A stretch of 64,000 bases of DNA. Source: Candidatus Kaiserbacteria bacterium. Its GTDB lineage: Bacteria; Patescibacteriota; Minisyncoccia; Phycocordibacterales; UBA2100. Made by a program: the position numbers and the translations under genes. The notes under the pieces were generated by a model. The model saw only the letters and a program-made list of their open reading frames with translations. It had not been told where the DNA came from and made no database searches. Below are positions 53,855 through 63,476 of this stretch, piece by piece. The DNA is taken from the NCBI GenBank assembly GCA_016214605.1, contig JACROD010000012.1:57-64056 (forward strand), given 5' to 3'. How positions within the stretch are numbered: position 1 is the first letter of the stretch; every line of letters begins with the position of its first letter.

Positions 53855-55414
53855 TTAGGCGCGGGTGATCGTGATACGTGGCATTTCGTCAGCGTTTTGA
53901 GCAAGCTTGATGATCATCGTATCTGCGGTCGAGTCGCGGTATTCGCCACGGGTCGGAAGATCTGCGAAAGACGTTTTTTGCGCGACTGCCGGAGTCTCGG
54001 TCATGGTGACCGGAGTTGCTGTTGCCTTTACGGCGGCGACATGCGAACGTTTGACCTCTTGGCGGTTGCTGCGTACTGTGCCGCTTGCGAATGCGAGGCC
54101 TCCCTTGTAGTAGAGCGCGAGGTATGAGGCAGCGAGAGCGAAGCTCAAGAGTCCTGCCCAGTAGATCGCGTTGCCGATCGGACCGAAGTCAAAGCCGGTG
54201 TACGGAATCTGCGTGAGCGAGACGTACGGCTTCGTAGGCACCTGCGGAGGAACGTAAACCGGAGGTACATATGCCGGTGGCTGATAGACCGGAGGCTGTT
54301 GCTGGTAGATCACCTGGGTCTGGCAGGTGTTGCTGCCGCCTTGACCGTGGACCGTCAGGGTGTAGATCGTCGTGCCGCCTACAGGGTAGACCGTAGTCGA
54401 GCCGTTAGGATTCACCGTGCCGACATTCGGACTGATCGAGGCCGAGAAGGCGTTGGTCGAACTCCATGTGAGCGTGACGGGATTGTTGCTGTAGCTGTTA
54501 TAGTAGGAATTCGAGACACTGATCGTACAGGTCGGAAGCATATAATTCTGCGCGAAGTTGTAATTGATCGCGAACTGATTTGGTGCCTGATAGACCGGAG
54601 CCGGGATATTGATGTTGTTGATGTTGGTGTTGCTGATCGGAGCCTGATTCTGTGTGACCGTGACCGGGTTGTTCTGAGTCTGTGTGTGAGTGCTCGACAA
54701 GACCTGGCTGTTGGCCTGATGATTTGTCTGATTCTGCTGCTGTTCCTGATTAGAGGAGCCGCCGGTAGCAGTGGCCGTCACATGAGTGGTGGTCGGCCAG
54801 GTCGGGATCGGGGTGTGGTCTACGTACTGGTTGTTATTGTTGTAGGTGTTTGAGTGGGACGGCGTCGCGGTGTAGCGCGGCATTGTCGGCCAGGTCGGGA
54901 TTGGTTCGTAGACCGGACGAGCAGGCGGGATGTAGTAGCCACCGCCCGTCGAGTATCCGCCGAATCCACCTATGCCGCCATAGCTCGGGGTGCCGTAGGA
55001 ATAGATCGGAGAAGCAGTGTTGCCGTAGTCGTATCCGCCGTAGCCGGTGGAATAATCATACGGTGTTGAGTAGTCGTATGATGTGGAGTAATCATACGGG
55101 GTCGTATAATCATACGGCGTCGAGTAATCGTATGATGTTGAGTAGTTGTAAGGGGTGGAGTAGTCGTATCCTGTTGAGTAGTCGTAAGGAGTAGTGTAGT
55201 CGTATGAGGTTGAATAATCATATGGCGTCGAGTAATCGTATGATGTTGAGTAGTCGTAAGGGGTGGAGTAGTCGTATCCTGTTGAGTAGTCGCCGCAACA
55301 ACCGCCATCGCCAGCATATTGCGCATGAGCAATCGGAGAGAATGCGAAGAGTGTGCTCAAGACAAGCACCGAAATGATCCCAGAACCAGCGATCTTGTTT
55401 GTCATTACGTTCAT
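53855..55414 (-). CDS. Secreted/surface protein with (YDYSTP/S)n hexapeptide tandem repeats, a Thr/Gln/Asn-rich linker, a beta-rich domain and a C-terminal membrane anchor
   Basis: The signal peptide is followed by GYDYSTPYDYSTSYDYSTPYDYSTSYDYTTPYDYSTGYDYSTPYNYSTSYDYSTPYDY... The C-terminal region reads ...SLTQIPYTGFDFGPIGNAIYWAGLLSFALAASYLALYYKGG, followed by an approximately 80 aa tail. Confidence 0.7.
   Translation of the reverse strand: MNVMTNKIAGSGIISVLVLSTLFAFSPIAHAQYAGDGGCCGDYSTGYDYSTPYDYSTSYDYSTPYDYSTSYDYTTPYDYSTGYDYSTPYNYSTSYDYSTPYDYTTPYDYSTSYDYSTPYDYSTGYGGYDYGNTASPIYSYGTPSYGGIGGFGGYSTGGGYYIPPARPVYEPIPTWPTMPRYTATPSHSNTYNNNNQYVDHTPIPTWPTTTHVTATATGGSSNQEQQQNQTNHQANSQVLSSTHTQTQNNPVTVTQNQAPISNTNINNINIPAPVYQAPNQFAINYNFAQNYMLPTCTISVSNSYYNSYSNNPVTLTWSSTNAFSASISPNVGTVNPNGSTTVYPVGGTTIYTLTVHGQGGSNTCQTQVIYQQQPPVYQPPAYVPPVYVPPQVPTKPYVSLTQIPYTGFDFGPIGNAIYWAGLLSFALAASYLALYYKGGLAFASGTVRSNRQEVKRSHVAAVKATATPVTMTETPAVAQKTSFADLPTRGEYRDSTADTMIIKLAQNADEMPRITITRA
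54990..55300. repeat. Tandem DNA repeats encoding the YDYSTP hexapeptide array
   Basis: The 18/36 bp periodicity (..gtagtcgtatgatgttgagtagtcgtaagg..) is visible. Two near-identical segments of about 70 bp lie about 108 bp apart. Confidence 0.7.
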
Positions 55415-55570
55415 AAATATTTTTTAGTAAATAAGCCATTAAATACTGCTAATCCGACGTTTATAGTGTGATTATACTCCCAAAGTATCTGTCTGTCAAG
55501 TATGAAAACGGTGCCGGGATTTTGGGTCCCTGGCACCGTTATAGGGTCTTGTCGCGTACAATGCAAGGAT

Positions 55571-56029
55571 CTACTGCTTGACTGGCTCGATCTTGGGGTA
55601 TCCAATTTCGGGACAGATATCTCTGCCAAAGAGGCATGCGGTGTTTTCGGGTACGCGCTCGTATTTTTCTTGATGCGCGATGGCCTGCACGTCCTCATAC
55701 GGATAACTGGCGTGATTTTCATCGTTGCAGATATACATCTTCTCGGTTTTATCCCGAAGCCAATGTCGACCTACCATGATGCAATCATCCGTCCCTGCGT
55801 TTTTCTTGGTGTAGGTCCGCTTCTTTCCGTTTTTCAACGTGAGGCGAAGAAGGACCTTGCGCGGATGCGGCTGTGTGAACGGCACGCATCGCGCGTCTCG
55901 TGAGGGTATCAGTTTAGGATTCACTCCAAGCCGAAAGTCTCGACATTTCGTGCATTGATCGTTCGCAAGCGCCGAGAAAGGCGCAGACACGAAGAAAGAT
56001 GCAACGAGTAAGTGAAAGAACAATTTCAT
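55571..56029 (-). CDS. Secreted Cys-containing hypothetical protein
   Basis: The signal peptide is MKLFFHLLVASFFVSAPFSALA. Confidence 0.45.
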   Translation of the reverse strand: MKLFFHLLVASFFVSAPFSALANDQCTKCRDFRLGVNPKLIPSRDARCVPFTQPHPRKVLLRLTLKNGKKRTYTKKNAGTDDCIMVGRHWLRDKTEKMYICNDENHASYPYEDVQAIAHQEKYERVPENTACLFGRDICPEIGYPKIEPVKQ

Positions 56030-56181
56030 GGCTTCCTCCTTTCTCTCTCTCGAATCTAATCATGTCTGTGATGAGATTTTCATGAAAGCCTGGCTGGAAA
56101 TCTCGAGAGATTTACAATCAGGAAATAATGAAAAAGTTTTGGCGGGGGATGGAATATTCCATCCCCACGCCAGTACCGCGC

Positions 56182-56802
56182 TTATCGCGGATTGTTATGG
56201 CATCGGCCATCCTGCCACAGGAAGCCTGGTTCGCCATTATGCGGGCCGCCCTGCATGATGCATTTCTTCTGCTTAGGAGGCGGAGGGTAATCCATCTCCC
56301 CGTTCGCAACAGTAGTCGATCCGTAATTTTGGGGCGGTATGCGGTGGCATTGATCATCCGACGCCCACACATAGCCGATTTGCCCGTCATACGGAGCCAT
56401 CATGCGGCATCGTGCGCCATTCGGAAGTCGACCCATTGGGGCTCCCTCCAAACTTTGCTGACCGCCGTAGCCGCCCTGAGGCTGCTGCTGCGTCCGCGGG
56501 TCGCCCTGCGGAGCAAGGTCATGGCCTGGTCGTCCGTCTCCGGTCTGTTCGGCCGGAAGTGCGATAGGAGTTGCTGGAGCGATCAATTCGGCAATCCGTT
56601 GACGGATGCCCGGAAACCATGCCTTCTCGTAGCCGAACATGACCACAAAGATCACAACCAATCCGAGGGCGATCGCCCTCCACACGTCCACTTTTTTCGG
56701 CGGAGTCACAGCGGCCTTAGGGGTCGCCCGTCTCGTCTTGGGCGCCCCCACTTCCTCGATGGAAGTGACGACGTCCGTGATTTTTTTCGGTTCTTCGGCC
56801 AC
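56182..56802 (-). CDS. Single-pass membrane protein with a Pro/Gln/Gly-rich linker and a Cys-containing C-terminal domain
   Basis: The TM helix is WRAIALGLVVIFVVMFGY. The Arg-rich plus-strand ORF overlapping it (56128-56826) looks like GC-rich antisense noise. Confidence 0.45.
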   Translation of the reverse strand: MAEEPKKITDVVTSIEEVGAPKTRRATPKAAVTPPKKVDVWRAIALGLVVIFVVMFGYEKAWFPGIRQRIAELIAPATPIALPAEQTGDGRPGHDLAPQGDPRTQQQPQGGYGGQQSLEGAPMGRLPNGARCRMMAPYDGQIGYVWASDDQCHRIPPQNYGSTTVANGEMDYPPPPKQKKCIMQGGPHNGEPGFLWQDGRCHNNPR

Positions 56803-56899
56803 GATGGCCTCCTTTTATTTTATTAAGAACTGTTGATTAGATTACTGGGTGGAATGTCCCATTCCAGTACCGGAGCAATTATATCACCTATAAAATAAA

Positions 56900-56932
56900 A
56901 AGTCAAGCGCCACGTTTGACGTGGCGCTTTTG
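56900..56932 (-). terminator. Terminator downstream of the 56951-57343 gene
   Basis: GCGCCACGT ttg ACGTGGCGC + TTTTGGG. Confidence 0.7.
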
Positions 56933-56950
56933 GGTCGACAAGGTCGACCA

Positions 56951-57343
56951 TTAGCAAGGGTATACCTGCCCGTTTGGATATCGGCACAGTCGTCTGCGGC
57001 TCGAGTATCCTGGCTGAGATGCAACGCCGCCGGGGACGAGTCGGTACACGTTTCTCGCCGGTCCAACCGTATATCCGAGAGGTCGAATCGGGCCGAAGGT
57101 GACGTGCCTCCGTGTATTATTGAATCTTATTAATTCTTCGCGGGCTTCGTTCAGGCGTTGCTGGACGTATCCCAGCAAGGGCGGTGTCGGCACATATGCC
57201 GGCGGCTTTTGCACGACATAGTCCCAGGTCTGCCGTGCCTCTTTGATGACCGGCTTTCTCTGGGCCGGTGTCGTGAGCTCTAATACGAGCGCCGCGGCCA
57301 CGGCACACCCCATGACGCGTATGTAGAATTTGTCAGATGCCAC
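56951..57343 (-). CDS. Small secreted hypothetical protein
   Basis: MASDKFYIRVMGCAVAAALVLELTTPAQ is signal-peptide-like. Confidence 0.4.
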   Translation of the reverse strand: MASDKFYIRVMGCAVAAALVLELTTPAQRKPVIKEARQTWDYVVQKPPAYVPTPPLLGYVQQRLNEAREELIRFNNTRRHVTFGPIRPLGYTVGPARNVYRLVPGGVASQPGYSSRRRLCRYPNGQVYPC

Positions 57344-57431
57344 GTGAGATTCCTCTCTTACGTTGTTGAACTTGATTCGCTTGTAAAATTATAATCGAAC
57401 ATGACCGAAATGTCAAGTGGCGGCAAAAAGG

Positions 57432-57478
57432 TGGCGGCAAAAAGGCCCGCAAAGCGGGCCTTTTTGCCGCCACTTCCT
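57432..57478. terminator. Long perfect hairpin with flanking direct repeat; terminator for the sortase gene
   Basis: GGCGGCAAAAAGGCCCGC aaa GCGGGCCTTTTTGCCGCC is an 18 bp stem. It is preceded by the duplicated GTGGCGGCAAAAAG. Confidence 0.75.
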
Positions 57479-57492
57479 GCTTTATTTTCTCA

Positions 57493-58158
57493 TTATTGCC
57501 GCCCGACAAAATCAGCCTCTAGGATGAATCGCGCGCTTTTGCTAGTGAGGGTGTCGCAGGTGACGAGTGTGAGCTTGGTGCCGATTGATGGTGAGAGGTC
57601 GATGATCGCGTCGTCGGCATTGGCCTTGCGGACCGATGTCACACGGTAGAGATACGATGAGCCGTCATCGCCGGTGAGTGTGATCGAATCCCCCGCCTTG
57701 AGGTCGGGAATGTTGTTGAATGCGCGGAACATCTGGTTGTGCACGATCGGCAGATGCGAGCTATGCGCGAAAATGAGCACGTTGCCGGCTTGCCCGAGTG
57801 TGGCAGAGTCGACGTATCGCGCCGGGCCGGATTGAAGAAGTGCATCCAATGTATCGATGTTGCGCGTGCTCGGATTTTGGACCGGTAGATCAATGCCGGC
57901 CGCAGGGATACTGATGTGCGTCGGGACGATAATACTGGTCACGGCGGTGTCGTTCTGCGCGGGTGCGGCGGAAGGCGTCGTCACGAGATCGTTTTGGCTT
58001 GGAGCGGATACAGACGGAGCAGTGCCGTCGATGTAGTACGGAACGAAGCCAATCGAATCCGCCGCGGAGAGCGCGCAGAAGAAGAGGAAAACGGTGAGTG
58101 CCACGAAGACTGAGAATGGTGGTTTTTGCCCCATTTTTGCAAGATTAAAAGATGTCAT
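57493..58158 (-). CDS. Sortase-family transpeptidase
   Basis: An N-terminal TM anchor is followed by the conserved His (LIFAHSSH), the TLVTCD Cys motif and a downstream Arg (SARFIL). Confidence 0.8.
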   Translation of the reverse strand: MTSFNLAKMGQKPPFSVFVALTVFLFFCALSAADSIGFVPYYIDGTAPSVSAPSQNDLVTTPSAAPAQNDTAVTSIIVPTHISIPAAGIDLPVQNPSTRNIDTLDALLQSGPARYVDSATLGQAGNVLIFAHSSHLPIVHNQMFRAFNNIPDLKAGDSITLTGDDGSSYLYRVTSVRKANADDAIIDLSPSIGTKLTLVTCDTLTSKSARFILEADFVGRQ

Positions 58159-58235
58159 AAATGGTATTATGGTAAATCATTTTACGACTATTGTCAATGA
58201 TTGCGATAAGGGCGAAATTGTGCAACGATTGAGCC

Positions 58236-58922
58236 ATGGTAGACCTCAAATTGCCTTATGCCGGTGACGAGGAGGAAGTGATACATACTCACACCTCGCA
58301 TCCCGCGCACGACAAACGCTCGGCCAATGTCCCTGCAATCATCGGATTCATTATACTCGTGATCGTGGTCATGTGGGGCATTGTGCATTTGATAGTGCTT
58401 GCGCAGCCGTGGTTCTCTTCTTTGATCCCCAAGCCCACCGTCTCGAATCCTATATCCTCAGCCCCGACCCTATCCAAGCCGGTATTCGATAAGCCGGTGA
58501 CGACAGCACAGTCTCAGGTGCCCGCCACTCGTCCGTCCGCCTCCCCCGCGGATCTCTCGGTACGCATCATCGCTGTCGGGATCATTGATCCGGTGACGGG
58601 TATATTCGTAAATCGTCCACCGGCCTCCCCTTCCGATGTGGCTGCGGTACAATTTGACATATCCAATGACGGCGGCAGCACGACGGGCCTGTGGTATTTC
58701 CATGCTTTTTTGCCGTCGACCCCTTCGGGATACTCGTATGATTCCCCAGTGCAGGAGTCGCTCGGTCCCGGCGACCGTGTCATCAATACGCTGCGCTTTT
58801 CTCCGGTCGTATCCAACGGAGGTCTCTTCAATGTGATCGTTGATTCGCAAGGTACGGTGGATGAATCCGATGAAACCAACAACACGGCTACTGTTGTGAT
58901 CCCAATGCCAGCTTACTACTAA
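58236..58922 (+). CDS. Membrane-anchored protein with a C-terminal CARDB-like adhesion domain
   Basis: An N-terminal TM helix and a Pro/Ser-rich linker are followed by ...LRFSPVVSNGGLFNVIVDSQGTVDESDETNN (a typical CARDB ending). Confidence 0.55.
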   Translation: MVDLKLPYAGDEEEVIHTHTSHPAHDKRSANVPAIIGFIILVIVVMWGIVHLIVLAQPWFSSLIPKPTVSNPISSAPTLSKPVFDKPVTTAQSQVPATRPSASPADLSVRIIAVGIIDPVTGIFVNRPPASPSDVAAVQFDISNDGGSTTGLWYFHAFLPSTPSGYSYDSPVQESLGPGDRVINTLRFSPVVSNGGLFNVIVDSQGTVDESDETNNTATVVIPMPAYY

Positions 58923-58985
58923 GGTGTCATGTCATACAAAAAGCGGGCGAAAGGCCTCGGCCTTTCGCCCGCTTTTTCGGCTACT

Positions 58986-61073
58986 TTAAATATCAAGTGT
59001 CGCCTCTTTTGCGTGCGATTGGATGAAAGATTTGCGGGCCGGGACGTCGGTGCCCATGAGCATGTCGAAGACCATGTCGGCGTCTTGGGCGTCTTCGACG
59101 GTGACTTGCTTGAGTACGCGATTGGCAGGGTTCATGGTGGTCTCGGAGAGTTCCTCGGGATTCATTTCTCCCAAACCCTTGTAGCGCTGGACGGTGATTC
59201 TTGCTGTGCCCGCCTTAGCTTTAGCGGCGGCGGGGCTGGTGGCGTCATCGTCATCTCCTTCTAGCTCATCCGACTCCGCCAAGGCTACATCGGACACAGT
59301 GGGAGCATCCTTACCTATGTATGCGATGCGCTGCTCATCGGTGTATGCATAGAAGACTTCTTTGCCTTTTTTGATCTTGAAGAGCGGCGGCTGGGCGATA
59401 TAGATGTAGCCGCCGTCGATGACCGGACGAAAATGGCGATAAAACAGTGTGAGCAAAAGTGTGCGGATGTGTGCACCGTCGACGTCGGCATCGGTCGCGA
59501 TGATGATCTTGTGATAGCGGAGCTTCTTGAGGTCAAAGATGTCGCCGATCGCGGTGCCCATGGCGACGACGAGATTTTTGATCTGCTCGGAGGCGAGCAT
59601 TTTGTCGAGACGTGCGCGTTCGATATTGAGGATCTTGCCGCGCAACGGGAGGATTGCCTGTGTGCGGCGATCGCGGCCCATCTTGGCCGAGCCGCCGGCC
59701 GAATCTCCCTCTACGATGAAGAGCTCGGATTCTTCCGCCGACTTTGTCTGACAGTCGGCGAGCTTGCCAGGGAGCGTCATGCCGTCGAGCGCGCCCTTGC
59801 GGAGGATCGAGTCTTTGGCGGCTTTGGCGGCTTTGCGGGCCTTCATGGCGAGCGCAGCTTTGCCGATGATGGCGCGCGCTTCTTCAGGGTGTTCTTCGAG
59901 GAATTGGGCGAATGCTTCGGAGAATACCGATTGTGTGGCGCCGAGCGCTTCTACCGAACCCAACTTCCCTTTCGTTTGCCCCTCAAACTGAATCTCGCGC
60001 ATCTTGACCGAGACGACCGCCGTGAGGCCTTCGAGGACGTCGTCGCCGGTAAAATTGTCACCCTCTTTGCCGCCGCCGTTCTTGGCGACGTTGTTGAGTG
60101 AGCGTGTGAGTGCGGTCTTGAAGCCGGTGATGTGCGTGCCGCCTTCGGGATTGTAAATATTGTTTGCAAAAGCGCTGATGCGCGCGGTGATGTCGTCTAC
60201 ATACTGCAAAGCGATCTCTACCTGGACGCCGTCTTGTTCTTTCTCGACGAAGAAGATCGTCTTGTGGACGGGCTCTTGGTGGCGATTTTGGAAGCCGACG
60301 AGACTGCGGAGACCGCCCTCGAAGTAGAAACTCATCGACGGTGCGTCGATCCCGAGGTCGCGCATCCAGAAGGTGCCCTTGTCGTCGAGCTTGTCGATGT
60401 CGCGGCCCGACATGTCGCGCATGTCGATGATGGCGATGCGCAGGGCGCGCACGAGGTATGCCTGCTGGCGGAGATGCGAGACGATGGTTTGGAAGTTGTA
60501 TTCGATGGTCTGGAAGATCGTGGGGTCGGCCTCAAAGGTGATGATCGTGCCGTGCAGGTCGGATGAGCCGACTTTCTTGACCTGAGCTACCGGCTTGCCG
60601 CCGTTTTTATATTCTTGGACGTACTTGCCGCCGTCGCGATGGACCTCGGCGCGCATGTAATTGGAAAGTGCGTTGACCACCGATGCGCCGACGCCGTGCA
60701 GACCTCCGGAGACTTTGTAGCCTTCGCCGCCGAATTTGCCGCCCGCATGGAGCACGGTGAGGATGGTCTCGAGCGCGCTCACCTTCGTCTTGGAGTGGAT
60801 GTCTACCGGGATGCCGCGACCGTTGTCGGCGACGCGGATGCGATTGCCCGGTAAGAGTACGACTTCGATATCATCGCAAAAGCCGCCCATCGCTTCGTCG
60901 CGTGAGTTGTCGAAGATCTCCCAGACGAGGTGGTGCAAGCCGTCGACACCGGTGGTGCCGATATACATGCCCGGGCGGCGGCGTACGGCCTCCAGACCCT
61001 CCAATACGGTGATGTCTGAAGCGTCGTAATGACCTTCTTTTTTCTTGGGGTCTTTTGCCGGTGTCTTGGCCAT
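58986..61073 (-). CDS. gyrB: DNA gyrase subunit B (short Gram-positive-type, without the large insert)
   Basis: The GHKL ATPase domain ([18 protein letters not shown]...DNGRGIP), the Toprim domain (EGDSAGG) and the C-terminal region are present. Confidence 0.95.
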   Translation of the reverse strand: MAKTPAKDPKKKEGHYDASDITVLEGLEAVRRRPGMYIGTTGVDGLHHLVWEIFDNSRDEAMGGFCDDIEVVLLPGNRIRVADNGRGIPVDIHSKTKVSALETILTVLHAGGKFGGEGYKVSGGLHGVGASVVNALSNYMRAEVHRDGGKYVQEYKNGGKPVAQVKKVGSSDLHGTIITFEADPTIFQTIEYNFQTIVSHLRQQAYLVRALRIAIIDMRDMSGRDIDKLDDKGTFWMRDLGIDAPSMSFYFEGGLRSLVGFQNRHQEPVHKTIFFVEKEQDGVQVEIALQYVDDITARISAFANNIYNPEGGTHITGFKTALTRSLNNVAKNGGGKEGDNFTGDDVLEGLTAVVSVKMREIQFEGQTKGKLGSVEALGATQSVFSEAFAQFLEEHPEEARAIIGKAALAMKARKAAKAAKDSILRKGALDGMTLPGKLADCQTKSAEESELFIVEGDSAGGSAKMGRDRRTQAILPLRGKILNIERARLDKMLASEQIKNLVVAMGTAIGDIFDLKKLRYHKIIIATDADVDGAHIRTLLLTLFYRHFRPVIDGGYIYIAQPPLFKIKKGKEVFYAYTDEQRIAYIGKDAPTVSDVALAESDELEGDDDDATSPAAAKAKAGTARITVQRYKGLGEMNPEELSETTMNPANRVLKQVTVEDAQDADMVFDMLMGTDVPARKSFIQSHAKEATLDI

Positions 61074-61176
61074 AGTGCTGGGTATTATAGCAGAAAATCA
61101 TCCTAGAAAGGACTTGACAGAAAATATATAAAGTACATAATGATGCACAGTAAATCAATCTATGATGAGGTGATAC

Positions 61177-61572
61177 ATGTACCGTACATCCTTATACACC
61201 CTAATGAGCTTTGCGTTGGGGGCTTTCGGACTCGGGCTCGTCACTTTGGTGGAGTCAGGGACTACAATCGACGTTCACACCGAAACATGCCGAATAACTT
61301 CGATTACAAAGTCGTTCGACAATGAGGAAAGGGCCCAGATTGACGCGGTTAAATTTCGCTGCCCTTCTTCCGAGGTCGACCAGTGGCTCTTTTGGAAGGG
61401 TAAAACGATTCAGAAGCTGGAGAGACTCGAACAAATCGTCCCGTTTATGGACGTTGACGAAAAGTTTGAGTGCACGGTGTTGCGTCTGCAGGGAGATTTG
61501 ACGGGTCGGACTTCCCGCTGGCGTGTGCAAACCTGTTGGCCAATCCTTCCTCGCCTGAACGGTTTGCCGTAA
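61177..61572 (+). CDS. Hypothetical membrane-anchored protein
   Basis: A 131 aa ORF with an ATG start and an N-terminal TM helix. Confidence 0.4.
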   Translation: MYRTSLYTLMSFALGAFGLGLVTLVESGTTIDVHTETCRITSITKSFDNEERAQIDAVKFRCPSSEVDQWLFWKGKTIQKLERLEQIVPFMDVDEKFECTVLRLQGDLTGRTSRWRVQTCWPILPRLNGLP

Positions 61573-61599
61573 CACATTTCTGCAAGCCGGTTAAACCAA

Positions 61600-61632
61600 G
61601 CCGCCGGAAGCAATTCCGGCGGCAACTTTTTA
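61600..61632. terminator. Rho-independent terminator
   Basis: GCCGCCGGAA gcaa TTCCGGCGGC aacTTTTTA. Confidence 0.7.
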
Positions 61633-61655
61633 TATTTTGATATCAACACCCTGAA

Positions 61656-61898
61656 TCAGTCAGTGAAGAAGTGTTTGCGCAACTCATGTTCGGGAACAAA
61701 GCGGGATACCTGCGCGATGATGGCATGCAGGGTACCGCGATCAATCTCTTTGTGATTCGGGATGGTGATGTTTTGTATCCCATTCCCGATATCTCGGCGC
61801 AATTTGATATGGCTGCCGCGTTGTGCGTGCGCGCGAAATCCGAATTGCTCGAAGATTTTTACGATCTCCTTACCCCTCATTACACGCGGCTTAGGCAT
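61656..61898 (-). CDS. hicA: HicA-family mRNA interferase toxin
   Basis: MRGKEIVKIFEQFGF...QRGSHIKLRRD...TIPNHKEIDRGTLHAIIAQV matches the HicA (YcfA) pattern. Confidence 0.8.
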   Translation of the reverse strand: MPKPRVMRGKEIVKIFEQFGFRAHAQRGSHIKLRRDIGNGIQNITIPNHKEIDRGTLHAIIAQVSRFVPEHELRKHFFTD

Positions 61899-62118
61899 GC
61901 ATCGGCGTATCGAGTTCGAAGTTGACCAAAACAGTCGGCGAAGGAGCTAGGCCGAGCGATGAAAAATCCTCCCCCTCAAGGTGCAAGGCGGTCGCTTCTT
62001 TGATATTTTCGGCAAGCTCATCGAGTGTGTCGGCCTGCGTCACAATCGGCAATTCGACGCCCTGCGCCACATACTTGGTATCACCACGCGAGATATGGAA
62101 TTGGATGATGTGCTTCAT
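61891..62118 (-). CDS. hicB: HicB-family antitoxin
   Basis: MKHIIQFHISRGDTKYVAQGVELPIVTQADTLDELAENIKEATALHLE matches HicB/UPF0150. It overlaps hicA by 8 nt. The ATG at 62118 is preferred over the ORF-track start. Confidence 0.75.
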   Translation of the reverse strand: MKHIIQFHISRGDTKYVAQGVELPIVTQADTLDELAENIKEATALHLEGEDFSSLGLAPSPTVLVNFELDTPMHA

Positions 62119-62229
62119 GCGGAAGATTATACCAGAAAACCAGGGCGAAAACGAGCTTGACATAGGATATTATATCATGTATAGTTTATTTAGGTAAACC
62201 TGATGCAACTCTGAAAAAAGGAAACCAAG

Positions 62230-62472
62230 ATGATTAGGCAGGCACTGTTGATCGTCGTTTACCTACCGATCTTTGCGGGAATGGATTTGATGCTCGGAAG
62301 ACTGACGGGGAGCGACTGGGGCCTCGTGGGGTTCGCCGATACGTTTTTCGGAGCGATGTTTGGACTTGCGGTGGCTACTCACCCGCTCTTTATATTTGGA
62401 CTCGTAGGAGTCTGGTCGGTAGCGGCACTCCTCATATGCCTCTGGAATCTGTATCGGGGGTATGTGCACTAG
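62230..62472 (+). CDS. Small membrane protein (hypothetical)
   Basis: An 80 aa hydrophobic ORF followed by a terminator. Confidence 0.35.
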   Translation: MIRQALLIVVYLPIFAGMDLMLGRLTGSDWGLVGFADTFFGAMFGLAVATHPLFIFGLVGVWSVAALLICLWNLYRGYVH

Positions 62473-62499
62473 GACACACACAGGTTCAACCTATGTAAA

Positions 62500-62540
62500 A
62501 CCGCCGACGCACACACGCGTCGGCGGCAAATTTTTTATAC
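62500..62540 (+). terminator. Rho-independent terminator
   Basis: CCGCCGACGC acacac GCGTCGGCGG caaaTTTTTT. Confidence 0.65.
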
Positions 62541-62602
62541 TTTTTACTACCCACACGAGGTCATTGCGGCCACCGGGCCGCGTGGTAGATTTTTCTATAG
62601 AA

Positions 62603-62622
62603 GACCGAAGCTGTTTTCGGTT
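62603..62622 (+). promoter_or_regulatory. Conserved 5' leader hairpin (copy 1) upstream of the 62646 gene
   Basis: gaAGACCGAagCTGTTTTCGGTtaTCTcaAAAAtGGAGGAAG is followed by ATG at 62646. Compare copy 2 at 63357-63377. Confidence 0.5.
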
Positions 62623-62645
62623 ATCTCAAAAATGGAGGAAGGGTC

Positions 62646-63263
62646 ATGAGTAATCGCAAAAAGACCGACTTCAAAAAGGGAGAGGTTGCTACTACGAGGC
62701 AAGTCATCACGAGGATCACGGAGCCGTGCATGTCCAAGGCAGAAGTCGAATCGCTGATGCGGAGCGCCGGGATTCCCTTGTGGTCATCGCAGACGCAGAT
62801 CGACAAGCATGAGCAGATCGAGCTCCGGCGTGAACGATGGCGCTTTGGTCTGCAATGGGCGTTGTATGCCCTCGCGCTCGGTGTGTTTTTTGGTACGTGG
62901 GCGTGGCTGGTCCCCGACCCGTCGCTCATCGGCGCTGGCTTGTCATGCGGCGTGATGTATGCTTTTGCGGCATGGCTCTGCTACACCGAGCAGGTCGTGT
63001 GGCGTACGAGCGAAGATGTGCGGCTTTATGCGGGTATGTATTATCGTGATGGCTGCCATGTCGCATTGCCTGATAAGATCGTGGATATTGCACGACGTAT
63101 CGTCGATCTACTGCCTGCATCTGTCGATCCTCACTACAAAGTGGGGTCTGTGGGCTCGGATCCGGAGCTCAGGTGCTATGTGTTTGGGCACTGCATCGTG
63201 GCCGCGGTCTGGTACGAATTGTCGGATGGCGCGATCAAGATCCTCAAAGAGCCGACCTATTGA
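62646..63263 (+). CDS. Hypothetical membrane protein (two central TM helices)
   Basis: A 205 aa ORF with a strong SD (GGAGG) and an ATG start. Confidence 0.5.
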   Translation: MSNRKKTDFKKGEVATTRQVITRITEPCMSKAEVESLMRSAGIPLWSSQTQIDKHEQIELRRERWRFGLQWALYALALGVFFGTWAWLVPDPSLIGAGLSCGVMYAFAAWLCYTEQVVWRTSEDVRLYAGMYYRDGCHVALPDKIVDIARRIVDLLPASVDPHYKVGSVGSDPELRCYVFGHCIVAAVWYELSDGAIKILKEPTY

Positions 63264-63282
63264 AAGGTCTGTATAGAAAAAT

Positions 63283-63314
63283 AAACCGTCGAGAGCAATC
63301 TCGGCGGTTTTTTG
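63283..63314 (+). terminator. Rho-independent terminator
   Basis: AAACCGTCGAGA gcaa TCTCGGCGGTTTTTTG. Confidence 0.7.
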
Positions 63315-63356
63315 CTTGTAACACAAGGAAAGGCGTATTAAAGTATAAGGCAGGAA

Positions 63357-63377
63357 AGACCGATCTGTTTTCGGTCT
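63357..63377 (+). promoter_or_regulatory. Conserved 5' leader hairpin (copy 2)
   Basis: gaAAGACCGAtCTGTTTTCGGTCTCTataatgAAAAAGGGAGAAG is followed by ATG at 63403. Confidence 0.5.
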
Positions 63378-63476
63378 CTATAATGAAAAAGGGAGAAGTA
63401 CGATGAGTAAACATGAGACCTTCGCTACACTCAACGCCCGGCGCTTTCGCCGACCGCTTTCCTCAAGGCGAATGGG

